NCBI GenBank assembly: GCA_019057475.1
Contig: DXJO01000010.1
Span: 96,001 to 160,000, forward strand
Source of the DNA: Candidatus Thorarchaeota archaeon
GTDB taxonomy: Archaea > Asgardarchaeota > Thorarchaeia > Thorarchaeales > Thorarchaeaceae
Direction of reading: 5' to 3'
Length of the DNA stretch: 64,000 bases
This document shows, piece after piece, positions 9,901 to 19,097 of the stretch. Both the position numbers and the translations under genes were made by a program. A model generated the notes under the pieces. That model ran no database searches and was not told where the DNA came from. It worked only from the letters and a program-made list of their open reading frames with translations. Positions within the stretch are counted from its first letter, which is position 1; each line of letters starts with the position of its first letter.

Positions 9901-11187
9901 ATGGTTGCTACCTTGAAACCGCCGAGTTCCCCAAAGCGCATTGCCGTCTTTGTTGAGCATTTTCCTCCATATCTTGGTTCAGACAGGTCCATCTTCGAGT
10001 TGTCCAAGAGGGCAGCCGCAAGGGGTGTGAAGATCCATTTCGTGGTTACACAGCCACTTCGGTATCTCTATGGTCAGCGTCCGAAAACTTGGAAGTACAA
10101 GGAAAACTGGAAGGGTCCACCTCCAAAGGTTCACAGCAATATCAGCGCGAGATACTTGCTCTTGGGGAAGTGGATAGAGGCACTATGGCTTCGCTTTCTG
10201 CCCTTGGCTTATCTGATAACACTAGTACTCTTCACCGCATCCTCGCTGAAGGAACTACTCCGCTTCAGGCCGGATATGGTCGTTTGTGCACATGCATCTC
10301 CTATCCTTGGCGTAGTGGCGTATCTCTCTGCAAAGCTCTCCTTCAAGCCAATACTGATGGCCGTTCCTGATTGGATGTCCGCATATGCGGCTGGTTTAAT
10401 GCAGGAAAGTATGGCTAGCCTTGGCCCTTCTCTGCTGCAGATGGTCGAGCTCAGGCTCTACAAGTTGGCGAACCGAATCATCACTGCAACAGAGTTCTTG
10501 AAGAGTCTCTTGACTGATTATGGGGTTCGACCGGAAATTATGACCGTGATTCCAAACGGTGTAGACCCCGATCAATTCTCTCCTTCAATCGACTGTTCTG
10601 ATATCGTTCAGAAGTATCGGCTCAAGAACCGCTGTGTCGTCCTATTCTCAGGCCATCTGGAGGAGTGGGCTGGACTGTCACTCATCTATGACCTAGCGAA
10701 ACGGCTTGATAGTGATGTTCCTCAGTCGCACATTCTCCTCGTTGGATCCGGGAGAACGGTAGGGCTGCTCCTTGGGAAGCTCGTTACCAGTGGTTTGGGC
10801 CACATGGTGACACATGCCGGATTCCATCCATTCAAGGAGATGCCCAAGTTCATTGCTACTTCAGATGTTGCGCTATGCCTCTTTCCTGACACCCCTGTGT
10901 CCCACGCAGCATCCCCATTGAAGCTATTCGAGTACATGGGATCTGGAAGAGCTATAGTTGCTACATCGGTAGCGGGCACATCTGAGATTCTTGACGATAC
11001 TATGGGTGTCTTGATTCCGCCCGGCAATGTTGATGAAATATGTGATGCAGTCGTGAAACTCTGTCAGCATCCCGATCTACGGAAGGAACTAGGCGAGAAG
11101 GCTCGTAGAGTTGTCACTCAGAAGTATACTTGGGAATTCCTTGCGGGACGATTCCTAAATGAATGCAGGACCACTCTCAAATCTTAA
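9901..11187 (+). CDS. GT4 glycosyltransferase
   Basis: VIPNGVD, SPLKLFEYMGSGRAIVAT and YTWE. Confidence 0.9.
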   Translation: MVATLKPPSSPKRIAVFVEHFPPYLGSDRSIFELSKRAAARGVKIHFVVTQPLRYLYGQRPKTWKYKENWKGPPPKVHSNISARYLLLGKWIEALWLRFLPLAYLITLVLFTASSLKELLRFRPDMVVCAHASPILGVVAYLSAKLSFKPILMAVPDWMSAYAAGLMQESMASLGPSLLQMVELRLYKLANRIITATEFLKSLLTDYGVRPEIMTVIPNGVDPDQFSPSIDCSDIVQKYRLKNRCVVLFSGHLEEWAGLSLIYDLAKRLDSDVPQSHILLVGSGRTVGLLLGKLVTSGLGHMVTHAGFHPFKEMPKFIATSDVALCLFPDTPVSHAASPLKLFEYMGSGRAIVATSVAGTSEILDDTMGVLIPPGNVDEICDAVVKLCQHPDLRKELGEKARRVVTQKYTWEFLAGRFLNECRTTLKS

Positions 11188-12391
11188 GGACCCTCTCGTA
11201 GTACTCTACTGTTCTGTTAGCTGCGCGGCGCCAAGTTTCTCTCTGAGCATAGGACACCTGACTCTGGCCGAGCCTTGTCGCAAGGTTATCATCCGAAAGG
11301 ATATTCTCTAGCCTCTTCGCGAGGCTCTTTGAATCACCTGCCTTGAAGAGGAGCACATTCCCACCGATGGACTCTCTCATGTGATAGCCAACATCTGCGG
11401 CTACAATCGGAATCCCATATCCTGCGTAATTGTGAATCGGACCACTCGCCCCCACGCTCTCTGTGTAAGGGAAGAGAATTGCAGAGGCCGCAGAGAAATA
11501 GACAGGAACTCTCTCTTCAGGAATGAACTCTGTGTCGAATCTGACGTGGTCATCTAGTGACAGTCGTGTGGTCTGTTCCCGGAGTTCCTGCAGATAGATC
11601 ATACCCTCCTTGTCTTGAGGAGTTCCAGCGATCAACATGATTGCATTTGGCGAAGAATCCCTAATCCGTTGCATCGCGCCTATCGCAACATCGATTCCCT
11701 TCCCTCGTCGAATGAAACCAAACATCAAGACGATTCTCCTGTCTGTGAGCCCAAGCATCTCAGATGCACTATTGCAATCCAGTTGCTTCGTGGGCAGTCT
11801 ACACGGATGGGGAATCTCGACGACCTTCTCCGGACGATAGCCGAAGTCACGGAGAAACGCTTTCCTTAGGAGTGAATTCGTCTTCACGGTGCTCAGCTGA
11901 AGGACATCAGTGCCCCAATCCAAAAGGCGCATGTATGCTCTGAAGGCCGCCTTCGCGAAAAACAAGAAACGACTCAGAAACCGAAATGTCCCAGCCCTCT
12001 CCACAACCTGGTCAGCCATCCACGTGCTGTGTAGAGTCACTGTCGTACGGAAGCCAAAGAGCCTGCATAGGATTAGAAACAGGAGCATGGGTTCGCCGAA
12101 GAGTCCGCCATAGACCTCGCCATGAGGGCCGAACTGAACATGCACGATGTGGGGGCGCACTCTCTTGAGATGCTTCATCAGGGTAAATGGATACCATGGA
12201 GATCGACCATCCCACACGTTCAGGGTTTCCACGAAGCCTATTTCAGTTACTATCGCTTTTGCGTTCTTTCCTGTCAGAGCAGTGACTTGGCTCTTGCCAG
12301 TTCTAACAAGCTCTGTGATAAGTTTCGCAGTGTATAGTGACTCTCCAGTCCGCTGGGGCGGCAGAGGTGACACCATGGCGATTCTCAGCAT
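11177..12391 (-). CDS. GT4 glycosyltransferase (mannosyltransferase-like)
   Basis: SPLPPQRTG, HVQF, FGFIRRGKG and FPYTESVGASG. Confidence 0.9.
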   Translation of the reverse strand: MLRIAMVSPLPPQRTGESLYTAKLITELVRTGKSQVTALTGKNAKAIVTEIGFVETLNVWDGRSPWYPFTLMKHLKRVRPHIVHVQFGPHGEVYGGLFGEPMLLFLILCRLFGFRTTVTLHSTWMADQVVERAGTFRFLSRFLFFAKAAFRAYMRLLDWGTDVLQLSTVKTNSLLRKAFLRDFGYRPEKVVEIPHPCRLPTKQLDCNSASEMLGLTDRRIVLMFGFIRRGKGIDVAIGAMQRIRDSSPNAIMLIAGTPQDKEGMIYLQELREQTTRLSLDDHVRFDTEFIPEERVPVYFSAASAILFPYTESVGASGPIHNYAGYGIPIVAADVGYHMRESIGGNVLLFKAGDSKSLAKRLENILSDDNLATRLGQSQVSYAQRETWRRAANRTVEYYERVLKI

Positions 12392-12578
12392 TAGCCTCTT
12401 GCTTAATCATCATGGGCTATTCAAAAGAGTTTCTCGAGAGAATAGGGCTCAACGTTCTTTGAGCACAAAGCCGATAGATCTCCCAAGCAAAGATGATGTT
12501 TCCATAGGAATCCGACGAGCACGATGATCGCCCCAGAGTTCCCCATTCTTGCATAAGCGCCCTTAGTTTGGCAACTAC

Positions 12579-12608
12579 TTTATAATGCTTATCACCGACT
12601 GTGTGATA
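12579..12608 (+). promoter_or_regulatory. Archaeal TATA box followed by an operator-like palindrome
   Basis: TTTATAAT at 12579-12586, then TATCAC-N7-GTGATA at 12590-12608, upstream of the ORF at 12661. Confidence 0.5.
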
Positions 12609-12660
12609 GGTATTCAAACTAAAGAGAAATTTTCATTACGCTGGTGAATGTGAGTAGTCT

Positions 12661-13824
12661 ATGTCTAGAGTGGCCTATGTGAGCAGCTACGCGCCGAGGG
12701 TGTGCGGAATAGCTACCTTCACTGAGGACCTAACTAGGAACATTAACACCCTCAACGCCTTGGAGCCTGCGGCCATCGTTGCAATGAATGACCCAGGCTC
12801 ATCGTACTGCTACGGAAAAGAGGTAGTACTGCAGATTGATGAGGAGGACAAGGAAACCTATCAGCAGGTGGCCTATCAGATCAACAGTTCAGACTTTGAC
12901 TTGATAAACGTGCAACACGAATTTGGGCTCTTCGGTGGGGAGTGGGGAAACTATCTCTTGACCCTCCTTGAGAAACTGAGCAAGCCTAGTGTCACTACAA
13001 TGCACACTACACTGTCACCCGACTCGAAAAGAACGCAATCCCTAGGACAGATAGATATCCACAACAAGGTGGTACGGGGGATAGGGCAATACAGCTCCGC
13101 TCTCGTAGTCATGACGAAGATAGCGGCTAACATATTGCGAGAAGGGTATGATGTAGATGTTGAGAAGATCAAGGTCATACCACATGGATGTCCTGACATG
13201 CCGCTTGTGTCGAGTAATCAGGGAAAGAAGGATCTGGGTCTGGTCGACAGAAGTGTCTTGTCTACCATTGGTCTGTTGAGTCGAGACAAAGGAATTCAAA
13301 ATACGATTAGAGCACTACCGGAAATTGTCAAAGACACCCCTGAGATCCTCTATCTGGTCATTGGAATAACTCATCCGCAAGTCAGACTCTTCGAGGGGGA
13401 GAAATACAGAAAACGTCTCATGAGGCTGGTGAAGAAGCTAGGGCTAGAGAAGAACGTCAAATTCCACAACCGTTTCCTGAGCAAACAGGAACTGATACGA
13501 TACCTACAGGCCACGGACATCTACGTCTGCTCCCACGTCAATAAGGACCAGCTCTCAAGCGGGACAATCACCTATGCCTTAGGGGCAGGAAAGGCTATTG
13601 TTTCTACCCCCTTCTACTACGCCGTGGAAGTCCTGAATGAGGGACGCGGATTGTTAAGTAAATTCAGAAGCCCCCGTTCCATTGCTGAATGCATCACACG
13701 ACTCTTGAAAGACCCAGAGCTGAAAGCTCGCACAGAAAAACTAGCATACGAGTATAGTCGTGACATGACATGGCCCCGCGTGGCCTCCAGATATGTTTCC
13801 TTGTTTAGAGAAGTGATCCAATGA
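12661..13824 (+). CDS. GT4 glycosyltransferase (mannosyltransferase-like)
   Basis: YAPRVCGIATFT, QHEFGLFGG, GITHP and SSGTITYALGAGKAIVSTPF. Confidence 0.92.
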   Translation: MSRVAYVSSYAPRVCGIATFTEDLTRNINTLNALEPAAIVAMNDPGSSYCYGKEVVLQIDEEDKETYQQVAYQINSSDFDLINVQHEFGLFGGEWGNYLLTLLEKLSKPSVTTMHTTLSPDSKRTQSLGQIDIHNKVVRGIGQYSSALVVMTKIAANILREGYDVDVEKIKVIPHGCPDMPLVSSNQGKKDLGLVDRSVLSTIGLLSRDKGIQNTIRALPEIVKDTPEILYLVIGITHPQVRLFEGEKYRKRLMRLVKKLGLEKNVKFHNRFLSKQELIRYLQATDIYVCSHVNKDQLSSGTITYALGAGKAIVSTPFYYAVEVLNEGRGLLSKFRSPRSIAECITRLLKDPELKARTEKLAYEYSRDMTWPRVASRYVSLFREVIQ

Positions 13825-14882
13825 ATAGGAGGATGGTTCCCATAAGGCGTCCCTCGATCAACTTCAATTGGTTACAGGCTCTGACCGACGACACAGGCAT
13901 CCTCCAACACGCCAAATTCGCAGTTGCTAACAGAAAGGAGGGATACACGACTGATGATAATGCCCGTGCTCTTGTGGCTGTCCTCAAGTACTATAAACTA
14001 CGACGGGAGGAGCCAGTGTCAAGGCTTGCAGAAACCTATCTGAGTTTTCTCTTCCATATGCAGAAAGATGATGGGATGGTTCATAACTATATGGGGTACA
14101 ATCGCAGCTTCCTCGATGGAGAGGGGTCGCACGACTCACTAGGCCGGGTCCTCTGGGCCTCGGGTTACACTCAAGACACCCCAACTCCCGAGGACTTCAG
14201 AATGTCGGCGAAAGAGATCTTCGACAGGGGCCTTATCTGGGCACTGAAGTCTGACTCACCCCGGACCCGGGCTTTCGCCATCCTGGGCCTCTACCACTAT
14301 GCAGAGGCGTTCCCTCAAGACAAGAACCCTCCGTTGAACATGACCCTTCTGGCTAATCGACTCTGTGAGGGTTATAGGTGTGAGTCTACATCCTCCTGGC
14401 AGTGGTTTGAGCCATACCTCACCTATGCCAATCCTCGGCTCCCTCAGTCACTCTTCAGGGCCTATCAGACAACAGGAGAACAGGCCTATCTCCGCATCGC
14501 CGAAAAGACCCTTGGGTTTCTCGCAGAGAAACAAATCATTCAAGATGTGTTCCATCCGGTAGGGAATCGATCCTGGCTTATGAGGGGTGGAGAGCAGGCG
14601 CTCTACGATCAACAGCCCATTGAGGCATCATGCATGGTAGAGGCTGCATCCACAGCCTTTCAAGCAACTAAACAAGAGAAGTATCTTGAGATTGCCTACA
14701 CTGCCTTTGAGTGGTTTATGGGAAAGAACTCGAAGAAGGTAATAGTCTACAATCCAGCCACTAGCGGCTGCTACGACGGAATCACGCCTGAAGGGCTTAA
14801 CAGAAACCAAGGGGCCGAGGCTGCAATCTCCTTCCTCTTGGCGCGCCTTGAGATAGAGGCTCTGAGTAAGAAACACCTATAG
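13821..14882 (+). CDS. Predicted (alpha/alpha)-barrel glycoside-hydrolase-like protein, often fused to this GT4 type
   Basis: TDDTGILQHA, GYTTDDNARAL, WFEPYLTYAN, DQQPIEA, GCYDG and NRNQGAE; 4-nt overlap with the upstream GT4. Confidence 0.75.
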   Translation: MNRRMVPIRRPSINFNWLQALTDDTGILQHAKFAVANRKEGYTTDDNARALVAVLKYYKLRREEPVSRLAETYLSFLFHMQKDDGMVHNYMGYNRSFLDGEGSHDSLGRVLWASGYTQDTPTPEDFRMSAKEIFDRGLIWALKSDSPRTRAFAILGLYHYAEAFPQDKNPPLNMTLLANRLCEGYRCESTSSWQWFEPYLTYANPRLPQSLFRAYQTTGEQAYLRIAEKTLGFLAEKQIIQDVFHPVGNRSWLMRGGEQALYDQQPIEASCMVEAASTAFQATKQEKYLEIAYTAFEWFMGKNSKKVIVYNPATSGCYDGITPEGLNRNQGAEAAISFLLARLEIEALSKKHL

Positions 14883-14908
14883 AGAGTGGCCAGGAAAACA
14901 GGACAGAA

Positions 14909-15793
14909 CTAAGGTAGCAGTTCCCCTAGGTCATACTCGACTCCGCACAACACCGTGTCGGCACCACCATAGTAGACCAAGAGCCGATCGTCCAACAGGA
15001 CACTCCCACAGCTGAAGACAACATTAGGCACCTTGCCAAAACGTTCATAGTCCTCTTGGGGCTCCAGTATCGGCTTCTCCGAGCGATAGAGAATCCTCTC
15101 AGGGTCATCCTTATCGATTAACAGTGCGCCGAGACGATAGACGTAGTCAAAGTCCACTCCATGGTATATGAATAGCCAGCCCTCATTGATCTCAATGGGC
15201 GGCCCTGCGGCTCCAACCTTCAGACAGTCCCAACTATTGGGTCTGGGATGCATCACAGCCTTGAGGTCGCACCAACTCTTTAGATCTTCAGAGTAAGCCA
15301 CACACAGATCAGGGTCGATACGACTATACATCACATAGTGTCCTTCTATCTTCCTAGGGAAGATCACCGCATTCTTGTTGTGGATACCCTCAAAGGGCAG
15401 CCACCTCTCTCCCCAGTTCCATCTGCCGGATAGGAGGTCTTCGAGAGAGACCTTGGTTAGGGAGATCTGGAACGCGTTCATAGGACTGTTCCTATAGGCT
15501 GTATAAGTCATCAAACATTCTCCATCCATCAGGATAAGCCTCGGGTCCTCGCACCCAAGATTCTCGTAGGAGTTTGACGGCGTAAACACGGGTTCAGGCT
15601 GTCTCTTGTCGATTGTATATCCATCCGAGGATTCTGCGTACCCAAGTCGTGAAACACCATCGTCCCCAATCGCACGGTAGAGGATGTGGACTCTTTCCCC
15701 GGCATAGAGAGCGGCAGCGTTGAACACTGTTCGAGTTTCCCAGTAATGTCCTGGCACTGATTCGAGAATCGGGTTGCCTTCAAAGCGCTTCAT
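14909..15793 (-). CDS. GH130-family glycoside phosphorylase/hydrolase (5-bladed propeller)
   Basis: VFNAAA, LYRA, GCEDPR, NKNAVIFPRKI, YHGV, VPNVVF and YYGGAD. Confidence 0.9.
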   Translation of the reverse strand: MKRFEGNPILESVPGHYWETRTVFNAAALYAGERVHILYRAIGDDGVSRLGYAESSDGYTIDKRQPEPVFTPSNSYENLGCEDPRLILMDGECLMTYTAYRNSPMNAFQISLTKVSLEDLLSGRWNWGERWLPFEGIHNKNAVIFPRKIEGHYVMYSRIDPDLCVAYSEDLKSWCDLKAVMHPRPNSWDCLKVGAAGPPIEINEGWLFIYHGVDFDYVYRLGALLIDKDDPERILYRSEKPILEPQEDYERFGKVPNVVFSCGSVLLDDRLLVYYGGADTVLCGVEYDLGELLP

Positions 15794-15826
15794 GGATCAT
15801 GTCTCCTGGTGTTGCATCGAGGTTTC

Positions 15827-16258
15827 TTACCCTGTGACCGTGTGCACGTTGAAAAGTTCATCCAAGATTGCTCTGAGACTCAGTAGGCCCTTTATGCATC
15901 CCTGTTCATCGACCACTGGCAGGTGTCGTATATTATACGAATGCATGATTCTATTAGCATGAGCGAAAGTAGCATCCTCACGGACGGTCTTGAGATTTCT
16001 CGTCATGACCTCCTTGAGAGGCGTGCTCAAGGGGACATCTGTGGCTATGACTCGGATGGCATCCCGTTCTGTGAATATTCCCTCACACTTCCGGTTCTTA
16101 TCGGCGACTATGACCGAGCCTATATGCTTGTGGTGGAGGATACCAATCACCTCTTTGATGGATATCTCCCCCGACGCAATCACCATATCTTCGATCATCA
16201 TGCCTTGAACTTTCAAAGCGTCATTCCTCTCCGGGAGAGTTTTCTGCGTCTGGACCAT
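15827..16258 (-). CDS. CBS-pair protein
   Basis: IGSVIV, GIFTERD, VMTRN and IRHLPVVD. Confidence 0.88.
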   Translation of the reverse strand: MVQTQKTLPERNDALKVQGMMIEDMVIASGEISIKEVIGILHHKHIGSVIVADKNRKCEGIFTERDAIRVIATDVPLSTPLKEVMTRNLKTVREDATFAHANRIMHSYNIRHLPVVDEQGCIKGLLSLRAILDELFNVHTVTG

Positions 16259-16394
16259 ATAAATAAGTGGTCATGTCTACAAAGCATCTCTTCTCAAGGT
16301 CTTCCATGACCTGCATGTGAACTTCAACCGCGATTCCGTTGCCGGTACTCGAACGCGAGGATATGAGATTAGGAACTCACTTGGGTGTGCTACC

Positions 16395-17945
16395 GTGACT
16401 GAGATTGCTTCTCAAGCTGCAAGGGGGACATCAGCATTCATGGTCCAAGCCGCGATATCTGGATCTATGCGGATAATCACTATGATGGTGCTAACTCGTC
16501 TGCTTATCCCTGCAGAGATGGGCCAGATTGCAGTTCTTGGAATCATCTTTGGCTATATGCAGTTTCTGGGAGCATTGGGATTGAACCACGCATCTCCTTT
16601 GGTCATCCCGGAGGCGGAGAGCGAGGGGCAGCAGGGACGAATCAAGGGGTTCGTTAGAAAGTCGGTAGGATATATTCTAGCATTCTCGGGCCTTCTTGCC
16701 CTCATAGTCTTGTTCTCAGTGCCATTGGTCCTCGGAACCAGCATAGTGTCCTCTGAACTGGTCTATCTGGTCCTCATCATTGTCCCTTTCTCCTCTCTTG
16801 AGGTATTTCTGGACTCGGTGCTTTTGGCTAGGTATCGGGTTCGCAGTCTTGTGGGAGGCCGGATTGTCTTTGATATCGTTCGTCTGGTTGTGTCGGTGCA
16901 ATTGGTCTTGATGGGTGTTGGTGTAGTTGGAGTTGTGATTGGCTGGTTGGCTAGCCAGCTTGTTGCAGTGATCATCTATGGTGCGTACGCCACAAAGGGA
17001 ATCCCTGATCCCTCGACAGTTATGAAGATGGCTCCTGTTCTTGCCTTTGCTCTTCCTAGCTTGGTGTTTCAGGCAATCGACGTCACAATCCAGAGCATTG
17101 ACAGGGTCATACTTCTGCATCTCACAGACCTGTCTTCTCTCGGGGTCTATGATGTTCTGCTCGGCGCGCTCTTCCTCATGAGCTTCGTGGCTCTCGCCGT
17201 TTCGACCTCTCTCTACCCGGTTCTAACAAACATCAGACTGGGCCTTACAGGGGATGAGGATAGCGGCCAGGAACTGGGTCGGGTTGTCGCTGCTCTTCTC
17301 AGGTACGTCATGATTCTCTTGCTCCCCATTTCCATCATTGTTTCGTTGAACTCAGGTCCAGTACTTGATATGTTGTTTGGTTCAGCCTACGCCAGCTTCC
17401 CAAACGCATCATTGTCGTTCTCGATTCTGATTGTGTCATACGCACTCTGGGGTGCCACTTACGCACTCCACTCCGTCCTGCGCTCAATGGGTGAAGCGCG
17501 TTTCTTCGTAGTTGTAGGTTTAGCAGTGATTGCTTTCGAGGTTCTAGGGTGTTGGTATTTGACCCAGTGGCTTGGCCTTCTCGGTTCCGCCCTGATACGG
17601 TCTGTCTACATCCTGCTCCTCTTCCTGACTGCGCTCGGGCGGACTCGTCAGAAGGGTGTGTCAGGACTGAGTTCCGTGGCCGTGTCAGTACTGAAAATTG
17701 TAGTAGTTTCATCAATATCAGGAATGCTTGTTGCATTCATCGCACCAACAGATGCTTTTGGGCTGCTATTCTGGCTCGCTCTAGCCTATTTGCTCTTCAT
17801 TGTCATGCTCTTTGCGGTGAGAGAAGTCAATGAGCTTGACTTCCGACTGTTGAAGTCACTTGCCCCCAAGTCGATGCATGAATCGATAGATCGGCTTCGC
17901 CGCCTATACTTCAGAAGCTCGGCTGACCCCGGTCCAGAGATCTAG
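16395..17945 (+). CDS. Wzx/MATE-like oligosaccharide flippase
   Basis: About 12-14 TM; LTRLLIPAEMG and IDRVILLHLTDLSSLGVY. Likely start is GTG 16395 (ORF open from 16317). Confidence 0.85.
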   Translation: MTEIASQAARGTSAFMVQAAISGSMRIITMMVLTRLLIPAEMGQIAVLGIIFGYMQFLGALGLNHASPLVIPEAESEGQQGRIKGFVRKSVGYILAFSGLLALIVLFSVPLVLGTSIVSSELVYLVLIIVPFSSLEVFLDSVLLARYRVRSLVGGRIVFDIVRLVVSVQLVLMGVGVVGVVIGWLASQLVAVIIYGAYATKGIPDPSTVMKMAPVLAFALPSLVFQAIDVTIQSIDRVILLHLTDLSSLGVYDVLLGALFLMSFVALAVSTSLYPVLTNIRLGLTGDEDSGQELGRVVAALLRYVMILLLPISIIVSLNSGPVLDMLFGSAYASFPNASLSFSILIVSYALWGATYALHSVLRSMGEARFFVVVGLAVIAFEVLGCWYLTQWLGLLGSALIRSVYILLLFLTALGRTRQKGVSGLSSVAVSVLKIVVVSSISGMLVAFIAPTDAFGLLFWLALAYLLFIVMLFAVREVNELDFRLLKSLAPKSMHESIDRLRRLYFRSSADPGPEI

Positions 17946-18974
17946 GTACGCTCTTGTCATACGATCCCAAGACATCTTTGATGCAAACTGTTTTCCCCGT
18001 TCTGAGATGCGAGCCGCCAAATGGGGGTCATTAATGATTCGTGCAATCTCGCGAGCCACTCCTTCCGGTGTGGTCTGAATGGAGATGGATCCGTTATCTT
18101 TCAGAACCCCCTTTAGGTAGGCTGCTTTCAGCGGACTTCCTGCAATTCCAATGACGGGAAGTCCCAGCGACATGGCCTCAAGTATCGAGAGATAGCCTGC
18201 CGCCAAGCAAATCTGGTTGGAATTCATCACAGCTTGTGGATTGGACACCAGTCCCATCTGTTCCATAGCAATACCCCTTGACTTCGCAAGATCCGACGCC
18301 TCTCTCCGAAGGCTGCCTTTGCCACACAAAGTAAGAGGCATTTCTATACCATGCTTTTTCTTCAGAATTGCAATTGCCTCAATATATCCCAATAGTCCTG
18401 TGTCCTGTTCCAATCTGCCAACAAATACTGCACCATTCCTTGGTTGCTCCACAAGGTCGACACAGTCAGTTGCCCCGGTTAGAATCACATCACAATCTAC
18501 GCCATAGGTTTCGGGTATGAAGTGTCCAATGCATATGGACCCGCTCACAAGCCGTCTCGCAATCTTGCGGAGCAGCTTGAAGATGACTGGAACAGGGTCT
18601 CTCTCAAACCCGTGGAATGTTGCATAGACGGGGGTTGCAAAGTCCATGACGAGCAGCGGGAGATACCAGAGAAGGAGAGGCAACGTATCATGTATGTGAA
18701 TGACACGAAATCCTCTGAACCTGCGGCGGTTTGCAATCATCCACAAATAGACTAAAGGTGGATTACGATCCCAACCATATGGTAACCTGATTACTCGAAC
18801 ATTCCTTTCTTGCTCTTGCCTTGGGAGGTCTGGGGTATGACTTGAGGTCAGTATTGTCAATCGTATACGTTTTCCCGATAGAATCGTGGCTACCTGACTA
18901 ACGTGTTTCTCAACGCCTCCAATGGCCGGATGATACTTGGCTGAAATCATCAGAACTCTCTTTGACACAGGCAA
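17904..18974 (-). CDS. GT4 glycosyltransferase
   Basis: YHPAIGGVEKH, FVGRLEQDTG, ILEAMSLGLPVI and MSWD. Confidence 0.9.
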   Translation of the reverse strand: MPVSKRVLMISAKYHPAIGGVEKHVSQVATILSGKRIRLTILTSSHTPDLPRQEQERNVRVIRLPYGWDRNPPLVYLWMIANRRRFRGFRVIHIHDTLPLLLWYLPLLVMDFATPVYATFHGFERDPVPVIFKLLRKIARRLVSGSICIGHFIPETYGVDCDVILTGATDCVDLVEQPRNGAVFVGRLEQDTGLLGYIEAIAILKKKHGIEMPLTLCGKGSLRREASDLAKSRGIAMEQMGLVSNPQAVMNSNQICLAAGYLSILEAMSLGLPVIGIAGSPLKAAYLKGVLKDNGSISIQTTPEGVAREIARIINDPHLAARISERGKQFASKMSWDRMTRAYLDLWTGVSRASEV

Positions 18975-19097
18975 TTTCTTGAAACCTTAACACCTAGTTA
19001 ACAAGCTGCCACTTTAGCGTTCTGGCTGCTATTCGTTGAATCGGCTTTGGTTCCGGTACGTCTAATTTCAACTGAATTCGAATTGAATATCTACGCT

